NCBI GenBank assembly: GCA_038327385.1 | Contig: JBBQKY010000001.1 | Coordinates: forward strand, 4,218 to 68,217 | Length of the DNA: 64,000 nucleotides | Reading direction: 5' to 3' | DNA from: Propionibacteriales bacterium | GTDB lineage: Bacteria; Actinomycetota; Actinomycetes; Propionibacteriales; Nocardioidaceae | In this document: one piece after another, positions 27,188-35,700 of the stretch | How positions within the stretch are numbered: the first letter of the stretch is position 1 | How the letters are laid out: each line of letters starts with the position of its first letter | Translations under genes and position numbers: made by a program | Notes under the pieces: model-generated | What the model was told of the DNA's origin: nothing | Databases searched by the model: none | What the model saw: the letters and a program-made list of their open reading frames with translations, nothing else

Positions 27188-27282
27188 GCAGGGCCGCGCG
27201 GCGCTGCGATCACGAGTTTGTGGAGGCCGGTAAGGGCGCGCTCGGCGTCAGTGACGTCACCGAGCAGGGGGGCCAGCCGGCG

Positions 27283-28401
27283 TCAGAGCGAGCGTTTCGT
27301 CAGCCGGTCGCTCAGCGTGTGCAGCGCCGTGACCGCCTCCGGGTCCTGGATGTGGGCGTGGCGGAGAGAGAACAGTGCAGCCGACGTCAGCTCGGTGATG
27401 ACGGTCTCCACAGCGGCCAGCGCGCCGGTGTCACGCAGGATCTCCTGCACCGCAGCGATGGCTCCCGAGTCGAGCAGCGGGTTGCCCAGCGACGCGTCGA
27501 GGACCCCCCGCTGGCCCGGGTTGGACTTGTCGAACGCCCGGGCCATCAGCAGTGTGCGCTTGCCGGAACGGATGTCGTCGCCGCTGGGCTTGCCGGTGAT
27601 GCTCTCGTCGCCGAAGACGCCGAGGATGTCGTCGCGCAGCTGGAACGCCTCGCCGAGGGGAACGCCGTACGACGACAGCGCCGTGAGCAGCTGCGGGCTC
27701 GCCTTGCCGAGAGCGGCGCCGAGCTGCAGAGGCCGCTCGACGGTGTACTTGGCGGACTTGTAGAGGAGTACGCGCATGGCGTCGGCGCCACTGGTACGAC
27801 GCTTGGTCTGCGCGAGGACGTCGAGGTACTGCCCCGCCACGACCTCGCTGCGCAGCCTGTCGAAGTAGACCTGGCCACGGCCGATCGCCTTAGGCCGGAA
27901 GCCGGAGTCGCGCATCAGCTCGTCCGACCAGACGAGAAGCATGTCGCCGAGCAGGATCGCCGCGCTCCTTCCGAACTCGGCGGCGCCTTCGACGCCCGTC
28001 TCGTCGCGCCGCATGCTGGCGAAGGCGCGGTGTGCCGACGGGTTGCCGCGACGGGTTGCCGACGCATCCATCACATCGTCGTGCGTGAGCGCGCTGGCGT
28101 GCATGAGCTCGATAGCCGCAGCCGCATAGAGAAGCGAGGGAGTTTTCGCCGTTGAACCGCCCGCCGCGCGCCAGCCCCAGTAGGCAAACGCCGGGCGCAG
28201 CCGCTTGCCACCTTCGACGGCTCTGTGCGCTGCTTCGATCAGCGGGTCCAGGTCCGGCCCGAGAGGAGCGAGCTTCTGGTGCTGGCGCGCGAGGAACGAC
28301 TCCAGGAGCTGCGTGATCCCAGCCTTGAACGCCGGCGGTATGGGGTCGCGCCCCGTCGGCTCCCCCGATGCGGTGTCCGGCACATCTACGAGCCTAACCA
28401 C
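27283..28401 (-). CDS. Polyprenyl diphosphate synthase (GGPP synthase-like, IdsA2-like)
   Basis: 372 aa. The first Asp-rich motif is LTHDDVMDAS and the second is LRDDILGVFGD. Confidence 0.85.
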   Translation of the reverse strand: MVRLVDVPDTASGEPTGRDPIPPAFKAGITQLLESFLARQHQKLAPLGPDLDPLIEAAHRAVEGGKRLRPAFAYWGWRAAGGSTAKTPSLLYAAAAIELMHASALTHDDVMDASATRRGNPSAHRAFASMRRDETGVEGAAEFGRSAAILLGDMLLVWSDELMRDSGFRPKAIGRGQVYFDRLRSEVVAGQYLDVLAQTKRRTSGADAMRVLLYKSAKYTVERPLQLGAALGKASPQLLTALSSYGVPLGEAFQLRDDILGVFGDESITGKPSGDDIRSGKRTLLMARAFDKSNPGQRGVLDASLGNPLLDSGAIAAVQEILRDTGALAAVETVITELTSAALFSLRHAHIQDPEAVTALHTLSDRLTKRSL

Positions 28402-28579
28402 TTGCAGCGGACAAACCGCAAGTAGTCCGCCTTCACCGCCAATCCGGCACCTGTGGGGATACAGGGACGAAAGGGACTAGCCGGTCAGCCGGGCCAGCGT
28501 TCACGGGTTGGACAGGCGCCGTGGCCAGCGTGCCGAGCCTGCTTAGGCTCGGCAGGTGGCTACCGGGTTCGCATCGACG

Positions 28580-29542
28580 ATGGGTGACACACCCCCCGTC
28601 GTACGCGACATGCTTGCCACCGACCGGCCGTGCGTGTCGTTCGAGTTCTACCCGCCGAAGGACGACGAGGGCGAGAGAACGCTGTGGCGGGCCATCCGGG
28701 AGCTGGAACCGCTGCGGCCGGACTTCGTATCGGTGACGTATGGCGCCGGGGGGTCGACCCGGGACCGCACCGTCCGGATGACCGAGCGGATCGCCGCCGA
28801 CACGACCCTCACCCCGGTCGGACACCTGACCTGCGTGGGGCACTCCCGCGATGAGCTGCGCAGCGTCATCGGACGGTATGCCGGTGCGGGGGTCCGGAAC
28901 ATGCTTGCGCTGCGGGGGGACCCGCCACGCGGCCCAGCCGGTGCGGCGGCGGGCTGGCGGCGGCATCCCGATGGGCTCGCGCATGCCGTCGAGCTCGTGG
29001 CGCTGCTGCGCGAGCTCGGGGACTTCTGCGTCGGAGTCGCTGCCTTCCCGCGGGGTCACCCGGAGTCACGTGACCTGAACTCCGATGCTGCCGCGTTTGT
29101 TGCCAAGGCTGACGCGGGGGCGGACTTCGCCATCACGCAGCTGTTCTTCGAGGCGGATGAGTACACCGGCCTGCTGGCGCGGTTGCGTCGCCTCGGGTGT
29201 GACATTCCCGTCATCCCCGGAATCATGCCGATCACGAGTGTCGCCCAGATCAGCAGGTTCGCGGAGCTGTCGCAGATCGACGTACCGCCTTCGATCACCG
29301 CTGAGCTGACCACCCTTGACGACGCGGGCCGGGTGCGGGCGCGCGGCATCGAGCTCGCGTCGGATCTGTGCGATGCGCTGCTCGCGGCCGGTGCGCCCGG
29401 GCTGCACTTCTACACGCTCAACCGGTCGACCGCCACGCGGGAGATCTACGACCGGCTTTCGACGGCTTCGATCGTCGCCCCGCTCTCGCAGGATCCGCCG
29501 CTTCGGACGGGTCAGGCTCTGCCGATGGCCTCGGCCACGTGA
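28580..29542 (+). CDS. metF: Methylenetetrahydrofolate reductase
   Basis: VSFEFYPPKDDEG...FVSVTYGAGGSTRDRT...GHLTCVGHS...LALRGDPP are MTHFR motifs. GTG 28556 is an alternative start. Confidence 0.85.
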   Translation: MGDTPPVVRDMLATDRPCVSFEFYPPKDDEGERTLWRAIRELEPLRPDFVSVTYGAGGSTRDRTVRMTERIAADTTLTPVGHLTCVGHSRDELRSVIGRYAGAGVRNMLALRGDPPRGPAGAAAGWRRHPDGLAHAVELVALLRELGDFCVGVAAFPRGHPESRDLNSDAAAFVAKADAGADFAITQLFFEADEYTGLLARLRRLGCDIPVIPGIMPITSVAQISRFAELSQIDVPPSITAELTTLDDAGRVRARGIELASDLCDALLAAGAPGLHFYTLNRSTATREIYDRLSTASIVAPLSQDPPLRTGQALPMASAT

Positions 29543-30819
29543 GCGGCCTGCCAGGCGACGTACGGAACGGATGCGCCGAGCACGAGTCCGGTGCCGAGAC
29601 AGTGCAGTCCCGGGAGCGGCCGCCCCAGAGCGGCGCGCGCGACGGCCGTTCTCCGTCCAGCCCAGCCCGGGAGCGGACCGCCGGCGGGTCGCTCGAGACG
29701 TGACCTGACGAGGTCGCGTACGTCGAGCCCGCGCCGCGCCATCGTCAGCAGCACGTCGTCGGCGCCGAATCCGTGGGAGGTGACAGTCCAGGCCGGACAG
29801 ACACCCGGACCCACCTCGGTACTGACTACGACGAGGGGCTCGCCATGGAGCACCACCTCCCGCGGCAGCATCGGGGCTTCCGGCGCGAGGGCGAGGTACG
29901 AAACGGTCCCCCGAGGTCCCGGGGGTGCAGCCGTCAGGGCTGCCGCGCGACGTGCGACGGGGTGGTCGAGCAGTCGGCCGAACACCTGCTGCGGGGACAC
30001 GGCGGCCACGACCACATCGCTTCCTAGGAGGGAGCCGTCCGCCAGGGTCACACCGGTCGCCCGGCCGGCGGCGGTGCGCACGGACGTCACCTCGGTGCGG
30101 AACCTGACCTCCACCCCCCGCTCGTCCATCCGCTCGAGCAAGGCGTCGGTGAGGTCGGCCGTGCCGCCGGGAAACCGCCAGACGCCGAAGGTCCGCTCGA
30201 CGTAGGAGTCGACGCTGCGAAAGGCCGGCTCGGTCCTCGGGTCGCCGCCTTCGCGCTGCGCCGGGTAGCCGGCGAGCAGTCGAAGCCGGTCGTCGGTCAA
30301 CGCCTCGGCCAGCTCTCGCTCCAGGGACCGCCTGGTGCGGAGGGCGTTGGCCACTTTCCGCTCGCTGAGCCTCACCGGGCCGGCCGGGTTGTCCAGGACC
30401 GCGGTGCGCAGCAGCTCCCAGACATCGCCATGCCTGTCGACGAAGCCCGTCCAGGCCACCCCGGCGCTGCTCCCGAGGGCCCGGCTCACGGCGTCGAGCT
30501 GAGCACCGCGCGACCCGGTCGGCAGGTCGAGGGTCGTGCCGTCCGAGAAGAGATGCCGCCTCGCTGGTGTGCTGGGCTCGAGGTCGACGTACCTCTCGAG
30601 CGGACGACCGGACTTGCGGAAGAGGTCGCGCAGGACCGCCGGGATCGTGGTTTGCATCGGTGTGGCGTCCCAGCTGGAACCGTCGTGCGATATCCGCTCC
30701 AAGAGGCCGCCCGGGCGCTCCGAACGCTCGCACACGATCACCCGGTGGCCCAGCTTGGCGAGCCTGGCGGCGGTCGCGAGACCACCGAGTCCGGCCCCGA
30801 TGACGACAACGTCAGTCAT
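29512..30819 (-). CDS. FAD-dependent oxidoreductase of the phytoene desaturase (CrtI) family
   Basis: 435 aa. MTDVVVIGAGLGGLATAARLAKLGHRVIVCERSERPGG is the Rossmann dinucleotide motif. The 3' end overlaps metF convergently by 31 nt. Confidence 0.7.
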   Translation of the reverse strand: MTDVVVIGAGLGGLATAARLAKLGHRVIVCERSERPGGLLERISHDGSSWDATPMQTTIPAVLRDLFRKSGRPLERYVDLEPSTPARRHLFSDGTTLDLPTGSRGAQLDAVSRALGSSAGVAWTGFVDRHGDVWELLRTAVLDNPAGPVRLSERKVANALRTRRSLERELAEALTDDRLRLLAGYPAQREGGDPRTEPAFRSVDSYVERTFGVWRFPGGTADLTDALLERMDERGVEVRFRTEVTSVRTAAGRATGVTLADGSLLGSDVVVAAVSPQQVFGRLLDHPVARRAAALTAAPPGPRGTVSYLALAPEAPMLPREVVLHGEPLVVVSTEVGPGVCPAWTVTSHGFGADDVLLTMARRGLDVRDLVRSRLERPAGGPLPGWAGRRTAVARAALGRPLPGLHCLGTGLVLGASVPYVAWQAAHVAEAIGRA

Positions 30820-30832
30820 CGCGCATGGCGAC

Positions 30833-31405
30833 TCACCCGACGGTGACCGTGACCGCGTTCGACGTCTTACCGGTGGAGCTGTCCAGCATCCGGAAGTGGT
30901 TGACGCCGGTCATCGAGGTCTGGACGTAGGTGGCGAAGCTGCCAGTGTGCACGGTCGTCGTGGTCGGGAAGTCGCTGAAGGACCCGTGACCGAGGCTGCG
31001 TTGCACCTGCAACGTCGTGCCGTCGTGGCCGGGATAACCGCCCGTGAGGTTGATCCGCCCGAAGCTTCCGACGCTGCGGGGGCTGGCGACGAGCCTGATC
31101 GCATGCTGGGCGGGAGGCGGTTTCGATGTCGTCGCCGGCGAGGGCGAGCTCGGCCGGGTGGGCGGAGCGGTGTGCCTGGTCGCGTCACCTGTCGTCGGCA
31201 GGATGAGGTCCGGGCTCGAGCTCGACGAAGCGCCGCCGATGCCGACGTAGTCGGCGGCCCGGACGGCGATGACGGCGATGATCCCCCCGATGAGAATGCC
31301 GACCGCGAGGAGAGCGGACAGTCCGATCGCAAGCTGCCGTTGCCAGCTTGGTTCGTTGTCCACAGGTCCTGCTCCGTTGCCTCGATGCTGCCGGTTCGGC
31401 CCCAT
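30833..31405 (-). CDS. Hypothetical single-pass membrane protein with a Pro/Ser/Thr linker and a beta-rich C-terminal domain
   Basis: 190 aa from ATG 31405; the longer ORF would run into the upstream gene. The TM helix is LAIGLSALLAVGILIGGIIAVIAV, followed by a PTRPSSPSPATTSKPPP linker. Confidence 0.45.
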   Translation of the reverse strand: MGPNRQHRGNGAGPVDNEPSWQRQLAIGLSALLAVGILIGGIIAVIAVRAADYVGIGGASSSSSPDLILPTTGDATRHTAPPTRPSSPSPATTSKPPPAQHAIRLVASPRSVGSFGRINLTGGYPGHDGTTLQVQRSLGHGSFSDFPTTTTVHTGSFATYVQTSMTGVNHFRMLDSSTGKTSNAVTVTVG

Positions 31406-31478
31406 CGTCGCACGCTGGCACTCGTGCGCGGCAGACGGTTTGCCTCGGCGCGAGCCGTCCCGGAGAGTGGTGCGTCGC

Positions 31479-31976
31479 TCAGCCGACGTCGATCTCGGTC
31501 GCTGCGGTGAGTGCTCTGAGCTCGTCGTACGACGTGTCGAAGACCGCATGAGCATGGCCCGCGGCCGCCCAGATGATGCGATGGGCGGCCAGGGCCCGAT
31601 CGAGGTACGTCGTCAGCGGCAGCGGGTGGCCGACCGGCGCGACGCCGCCGATCGCCTGCCCGCTGTGTGCTCGGACGAAGTCCGCGCTCGCTCGCCGCAG
31701 CTCCCGCACTCCGAGCGCGCGCCCGACCAGCACAGTGTCGACGCGGTGGGCTCCTGAGGTGAGGATGAGCACGGGAGAGCCGTCGGCGTCGAAGACCAGC
31801 GAGTTCGCTATCGCACCGACCGGACAGCCGAGGGCGTCGGCGGCCTGCTGGGCGGTGCGTGCCGCGTCCGGCAGGACCCGGACGGAGCCGGTGGCGCCCA
31901 GCTCGCGCAGCCGGTTCATCACGTTGTCGATGCTGGGGTGGCGCAGTGCCGCCGGCTCGGGCTCGTGCTCATGCAT
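31479..31976 (-). CDS. YbaK/EbsC-type aminoacyl-tRNA deacylase (trans-editing) domain protein
   Basis: 165 aa. TAQQAADALGCPVGAIANSLVF...VLILTSGAHRVD...SGQAIGGVAPVGHP is the typical YbaK-domain pattern. Confidence 0.7.
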   Translation of the reverse strand: MHEHEPEPAALRHPSIDNVMNRLRELGATGSVRVLPDAARTAQQAADALGCPVGAIANSLVFDADGSPVLILTSGAHRVDTVLVGRALGVRELRRASADFVRAHSGQAIGGVAPVGHPLPLTTYLDRALAAHRIIWAAAGHAHAVFDTSYDELRALTAATEIDVG

Positions 31977-32022
31977 CCGGTGATGCTAGGCCAGCCGCCG
32001 CGCCTTCCCCATTTCTCCTCCG

Positions 32023-32105
32023 CCCTCCCCGGTAGTAAGGAGCAAACCGGGGCCTGCAGGCGCCGCAGAGCCCCCGCTTCGTTCCTTACTACCGCCGGGG
32101 GAGGG
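32023..32105. repeat. Long imperfect inverted repeat: about 21 bp of stem around a 37-nt spacer
   Basis: CCCTCCCCGGTAGTAAGGAGC (32023-32043) pairs with GTTCCTTACTACCGCCGGGGGAGGG (32081-32105) as 8+2+11 bp with two bulges. The element is AT-richer than its surroundings and lies between the divergent ybaK-like gene and the SOS operon. Confidence 0.6.
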
Positions 32106-32140
32106 GTGGTGGGTCAGCGGAGACTCTCGGATGGTCGGGG

Positions 32141-32169
32141 TTGACGCGGGGGCGGCGAGCGGGTTTACT
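32141..32169 (+). promoter_or_regulatory. Candidate sigma70-type promoter of the SOS operon
   Basis: TTGACG (32141-32146), a 17-nt spacer, then TTTACT (32164-32169). The LexA box begins 12 nt downstream of the -10 element. Confidence 0.5.
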
Positions 32170-32180
32170 GAGGGAACGGT

Positions 32181-32196
32181 TCGAACATGCGTTCGA
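32181..32196 (+). promoter_or_regulatory. LexA operator (SOS box)
   Basis: TCGAACATGCGTTCGA is a perfect match to the actinobacterial/mycobacterial LexA consensus TCGAAC-N4-GTTCGA. It sits upstream of the DnaE2-like/DinB operon. Confidence 0.8.
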
Positions 32197-32280
32197 TCCT
32201 TTGAGCGAGCTGCGCAGCTCGCCCGAAGGCGGATCGCCGTGGCGGGGATGGCTTCGACCCCCGTCCCTGCCACGGCCATC

Positions 32281-32319
32281 TGCTGCTCCTGCTCCTGCTC
32301 CTGCTCTAGCTCCGGCTGC
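32281..32319 (+). repeat. Hexanucleotide microsatellite (TGCTCC)3 with degenerate flanks
   Basis: The sequence is tgc tgc tcc tgc tcc tgc tcc tgc tct agc tcc ggc tgc. It is in frame with the downstream small ORF and would encode CCSCSCSCSSSGC if ATG 32248 were used. Confidence 0.8.
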
Positions 32320-32403
32320 TCACCGGCCGGGCGCACGCTCGGTCCACGGCTGTCCTCCACCCTGGGTTGCCGCATGTCCGCAGGCTCTCGGAAGGTGGTT
32401 CGG

Positions 32404-32691
32404 ATGCGCCGGTACGACGACCCGATCGACGTCCGCCGCGGGCTGGTCGCGGGTCTCGACGCACCCGAGCAGTTCGTCTGGCGCGGCAGGCTGTGGGTAG
32501 TCCGGGAGGTCATCGCGCACTGGGTCAGGACGGGCGCCTGGTGGGACCAGGATGACGCGCGTGACCTGCTGGCCGAGCGCGAGGTGTGGCGGGTCGAGGC
32601 AGGGCGGGGACAGGCGGTGTCCGCCGGCGTCTTCGACCTCGCCTTCGACTGGGGCGACGGGCGCTGGCTGCTCGTCTGCAGCAGCGACTGA
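32404..32691 (+). CDS. Small conserved protein preceding the DnaE2-like gene (DUF6504-like; name from memory, unverified)
   Basis: 95 aa from ATG 32404, with GGAAGG 8 nt upstream. The sequence is MRRYDDPIDVRRG...FVWRGRLWVVREVIAHW...EVWRVEAGRG...GVFDLAFDWGDGRWLLV. In-frame ATG 32248 would give 147 aa. Confidence 0.6.
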   Translation: MRRYDDPIDVRRGLVAGLDAPEQFVWRGRLWVVREVIAHWVRTGAWWDQDDARDLLAEREVWRVEAGRGQAVSAGVFDLAFDWGDGRWLLVCSSD

Positions 32692-32708
32692 TGGGCAGCG
32701 ACTGATGG
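32681..32708 (+). repeat. Perfect 14-bp tandem duplication at the junction of the small gene and the DnaE2-like gene
   Basis: GCAGCGACTGATGG occurs at 32681-32694 and again at 32695-32708. Each copy carries a TGATG stop/start overlap. Confidence 0.9.
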
Positions 32709-35700
32709 ACCCGTTCGTCCACCTGCACGTCGCGTCCGGCTACTCGCTCAAGTACGGCGCCTCGCACCCTCGCCAGCTGGCGGAGCGGGCCGCCGAGGCG
32801 GAGATGGACGCCCTCGCCCTCACCGACCGCGACGGGGTCTACGGAGCAGTCCGGTTCGCGAAGGCCTGCTCGGCGAACGGCATCCGGCCGATCCTCGGCG
32901 TCGACCTGGCGATCGAGCCCTCCGGGCTTGTTCCAGAGCCCTCCGGGCTCGTCCCGACCATCCGAGACTTCCCACCCGACCATCCGAGACTTACCGCCCG
33001 ACCATCCGGGCTTGTCCCAGCCACCGTGAGCGCGCGGACGCCGGTCCGCGGCGGGCAATACCTCGACCACGACCGGGCGCATCCCCGGGTCACGCTGCTG
33101 GCCGGCAGCCGGGCGGGCTGGGCGGCGCTGTGTCGGCTGACCTCCGCCACCCATCTGCGCGGGGAGCGCAGCGTGCCGGTGACCACTCGCGGCCTCGTCG
33201 CCGACCACCTGTCCGGGCTGGACTCCGGCACCGACCTGCTCGTTCTCCTCGGGCCCTCCTCCGAGCTGGGATGGGCGGCGGCGCTGCGCCGTGACGACAT
33301 GGCGCGCGCGGTGCTGCGCGACTGGTACGACGTGACCGAACGCACCAACCTCGTCGTCGAGGTGGTCTCGCACCGGCGGTCCGGCGTCGGGCCCGGGTCG
33401 AGCCCGCACGCCGCGAGGATGGCCGGCGTCGCCGCCTCGGCCGGTTGCCAGCTCGTCCTGACCAACGAGGTCCGCTACGTCGACCGCGCCGACGCTCCGG
33501 TGGTCGACGTACTCGATGCGGCCCGGCGGCTGGTCCCGCTCGACCTGCGCCACGTCGACCGAGCCAACGCCGAGGGGTTCTTGAAGACCGGCAAGGAGAT
33601 GGCCGACATCGCCGACGAGATCTGCCGGTTCGCGGGTCTCGGCGACAAGGAGGCGGAGCGGCTGCTCGCCGGCACCCGCGCGGTCGCCGACCGGTGCGCG
33701 CTCGACCCGCGCGCCGACCTCGGGATCGGCGAGGTCCACTTCCCCGAGCTCGCCGTCGTAGAGGGGGGAGCGGGCACGTCCGGCGACGCCGTGCTGCGGG
33801 CGCGCTGCGAGGCGGGGATCGGCAGGCGGTACGGCTCGGGTGCCGACCTGCCGGCAGTTCGCGACCGGCTCGACGACGAGCTGACGGTGATCGGCGGACT
33901 CGGGTACGCGACGTACTTCCTCACCGTCGCCGACGTCGTGGACCTGGTCCGCGACCGGGGGATCCGGACGGCGGCTCGCGGCTCGGGGGCGGGCAGCCTG
34001 GTCAACTACCTGCTCGGCGTGTCCGGCGTCGACCCGTTGCGCTACGGCCTACTGATGGAGCGGTTCCTGTCGCCGCTGCGCCAGGCGCTGCCGGACATCG
34101 ACGTCGACGTGGAGTCCGCGCGCCGTCTCGAGATCTACGACGCGATCCTCGAGCGGTACGGCGGGGAGCGCTGCGCCTGCGTCTCGATGATGGACACCTA
34201 CCGGGTGCGGCACGCGATCCGCGACGTCGGAGCGGCTCTTGGCCTGCCGCCGGGCGAGATCGACCAGCTAGCCAAGGCGTTCCCGCACATCCGGGCTCGC
34301 GACGCCCGCGCCGCGATGCGGGAGCTCCCGGAGCTGCGCAGCGTCAACCTCGGGGAGGGTCGCCTGGACCTGCTGTTCACGCTGGTGGAGAAGCTCGACG
34401 GGCTGCCCCGCCACATCGCGATGCACCCGTGCGGCGTGCTGCTCTCCGACGCCACGCTGCTCGACCGCACCCCGGTCGAGGCGAGCTTCCTCGGTTACCC
34501 GATGAGCCAGTTCGACAAGGAGGACGTCGAGGACCTGGGGCTGCTGAAGCTCGACGTGCTGGGCATCCGGATGCAGTCGGCGATGGCACACGCCGTCGCT
34601 GAGGTGGCCCGGGTCGGCGGGCCCGTCATCGACCTCGACGACGAACAGCAGGTGCCGCGCGACGACCCGGCGACGTACGCGCTGATCCAGAGCACGAGGA
34701 CGCTCGGGTGCTTCCAGATCGAGTCGCCGGGGCAGCGCGAGCTGGTCGGCAAGTTCGCGCCGCGCGGGTTCGAGGACATCATCATCGACATCTCGCTGTT
34801 CCGGCCGGGGCCGGTCAAGAGCGACATGATCAACCCGTTCCTGCGGGTGCGGCACGGCTGGTCGCCGGCGGAGTACCTCCATCCCGACCTCGAGCCGGTG
34901 CTCGAGCAGACCTATGGCGTCGTGGTGTTCCACGAGCAGGTCATCGAGATGATCGCCGTCGTCGCCGGGTGCGGCCGCGCCGAGGCCGACGAGGTACGTC
35001 GCGCGCTCGGCGACCGCGAGGCCAAGGAGGACGTCCGGACGTGGTTCTTCCCCCGCGCCCTCGCGGGCGGCTACCCGCTCGCCGTCGTCTCGCGGGTGTG
35101 GGAGGTACTCGAGGCGTTCGCCTCGTTCGGTTTCTGCAAGGCCCACGCCGCGGCCTTCGCGCTGCCCACGTTCCAGTCGGCGTGGCTGAAGGCGCACCAC
35201 CCTGCCGCGTTCCTCGCCGGCGTGCTCACCCACGACCCCGGCATGTACCCCAAGCGGCTGATCCTCGACGACGCCCGCCACTTCGGGATCGCCGTGCTGC
35301 CGCTCGACGTCAACACCTCCGACGACGTCTACCGCGTCGAGCGGCGGGGCGGGCGCTCTCCGTCAGCGGCAGGGGCCGAGGCTGCGTCGGACGGCATCCG
35401 GCTGGCGCTGAACGAGGTCAAGGGCATCAGCGCAGCCGAGGTCGCCAGGATCACCGCCGCCCGGCCGTTCTGCTCGCTGACCGACCTGTGGCAGCGGGCG
35501 CGGGTGTCTCGCCCGGTCGCGGAGCGGCTGGTGCTGGCCGGTGCCCTCGACTCCCTCTACGGCATCGGTTCTGCGAACCAGTCGTTCGGATCTTCAGTGC
35601 CGGTACGACGGCGGGGCACCGTCACCCGCCGTGACCTGCTGCTGCAGGTGGCGGAGCTCGACAGGTGGACCCGCGCCACCGACCGGGCGGTCCGGGCCGC

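Noticed and set aside
27251-27260. The GTGACGTCAC perfect palindrome (CRE/CRP-like) between the convergent Rv2175c-like and prenyl synthase genes.
   Set aside because: It is short and sits in a 3'-3' intergenic region where no promoter is expected. It has no flanking CRP-like TGTGA-N6-TCACA spacing and is plausibly chance.
28402-28579. A SAM-type (SAM-I or SAM-IV) or other known riboswitch upstream of metF.
   Set aside because: I could not find the conserved cores by eye. Only a hairpin and a 9-nt direct repeat are present. These are kept as a low-interest finding and not called a riboswitch.
29512-29542. The 31-nt convergent overlap between the metF 3' end and the CrtI-like oxidoreductase 3' end as a regulatory or antisense feature.
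   Set aside because: Short convergent 3' overlaps are common in compact high-GC genomes. Nothing in the sequence suggests a special function.
31986-32513. A 175-aa minus-strand ORF and the 186-aa plus-strand ORF (from ATG 32131) covering the ybaK/SOS-operon intergenic region.
   Set aside because: Both run through the predicted promoter, the LexA box and the inverted repeat. Their composition is low-complexity (an EQEQEQ or CSCSCS stretch from the hexamer repeat). Only the distal 95 codons of the plus-strand ORF look like a conserved protein.
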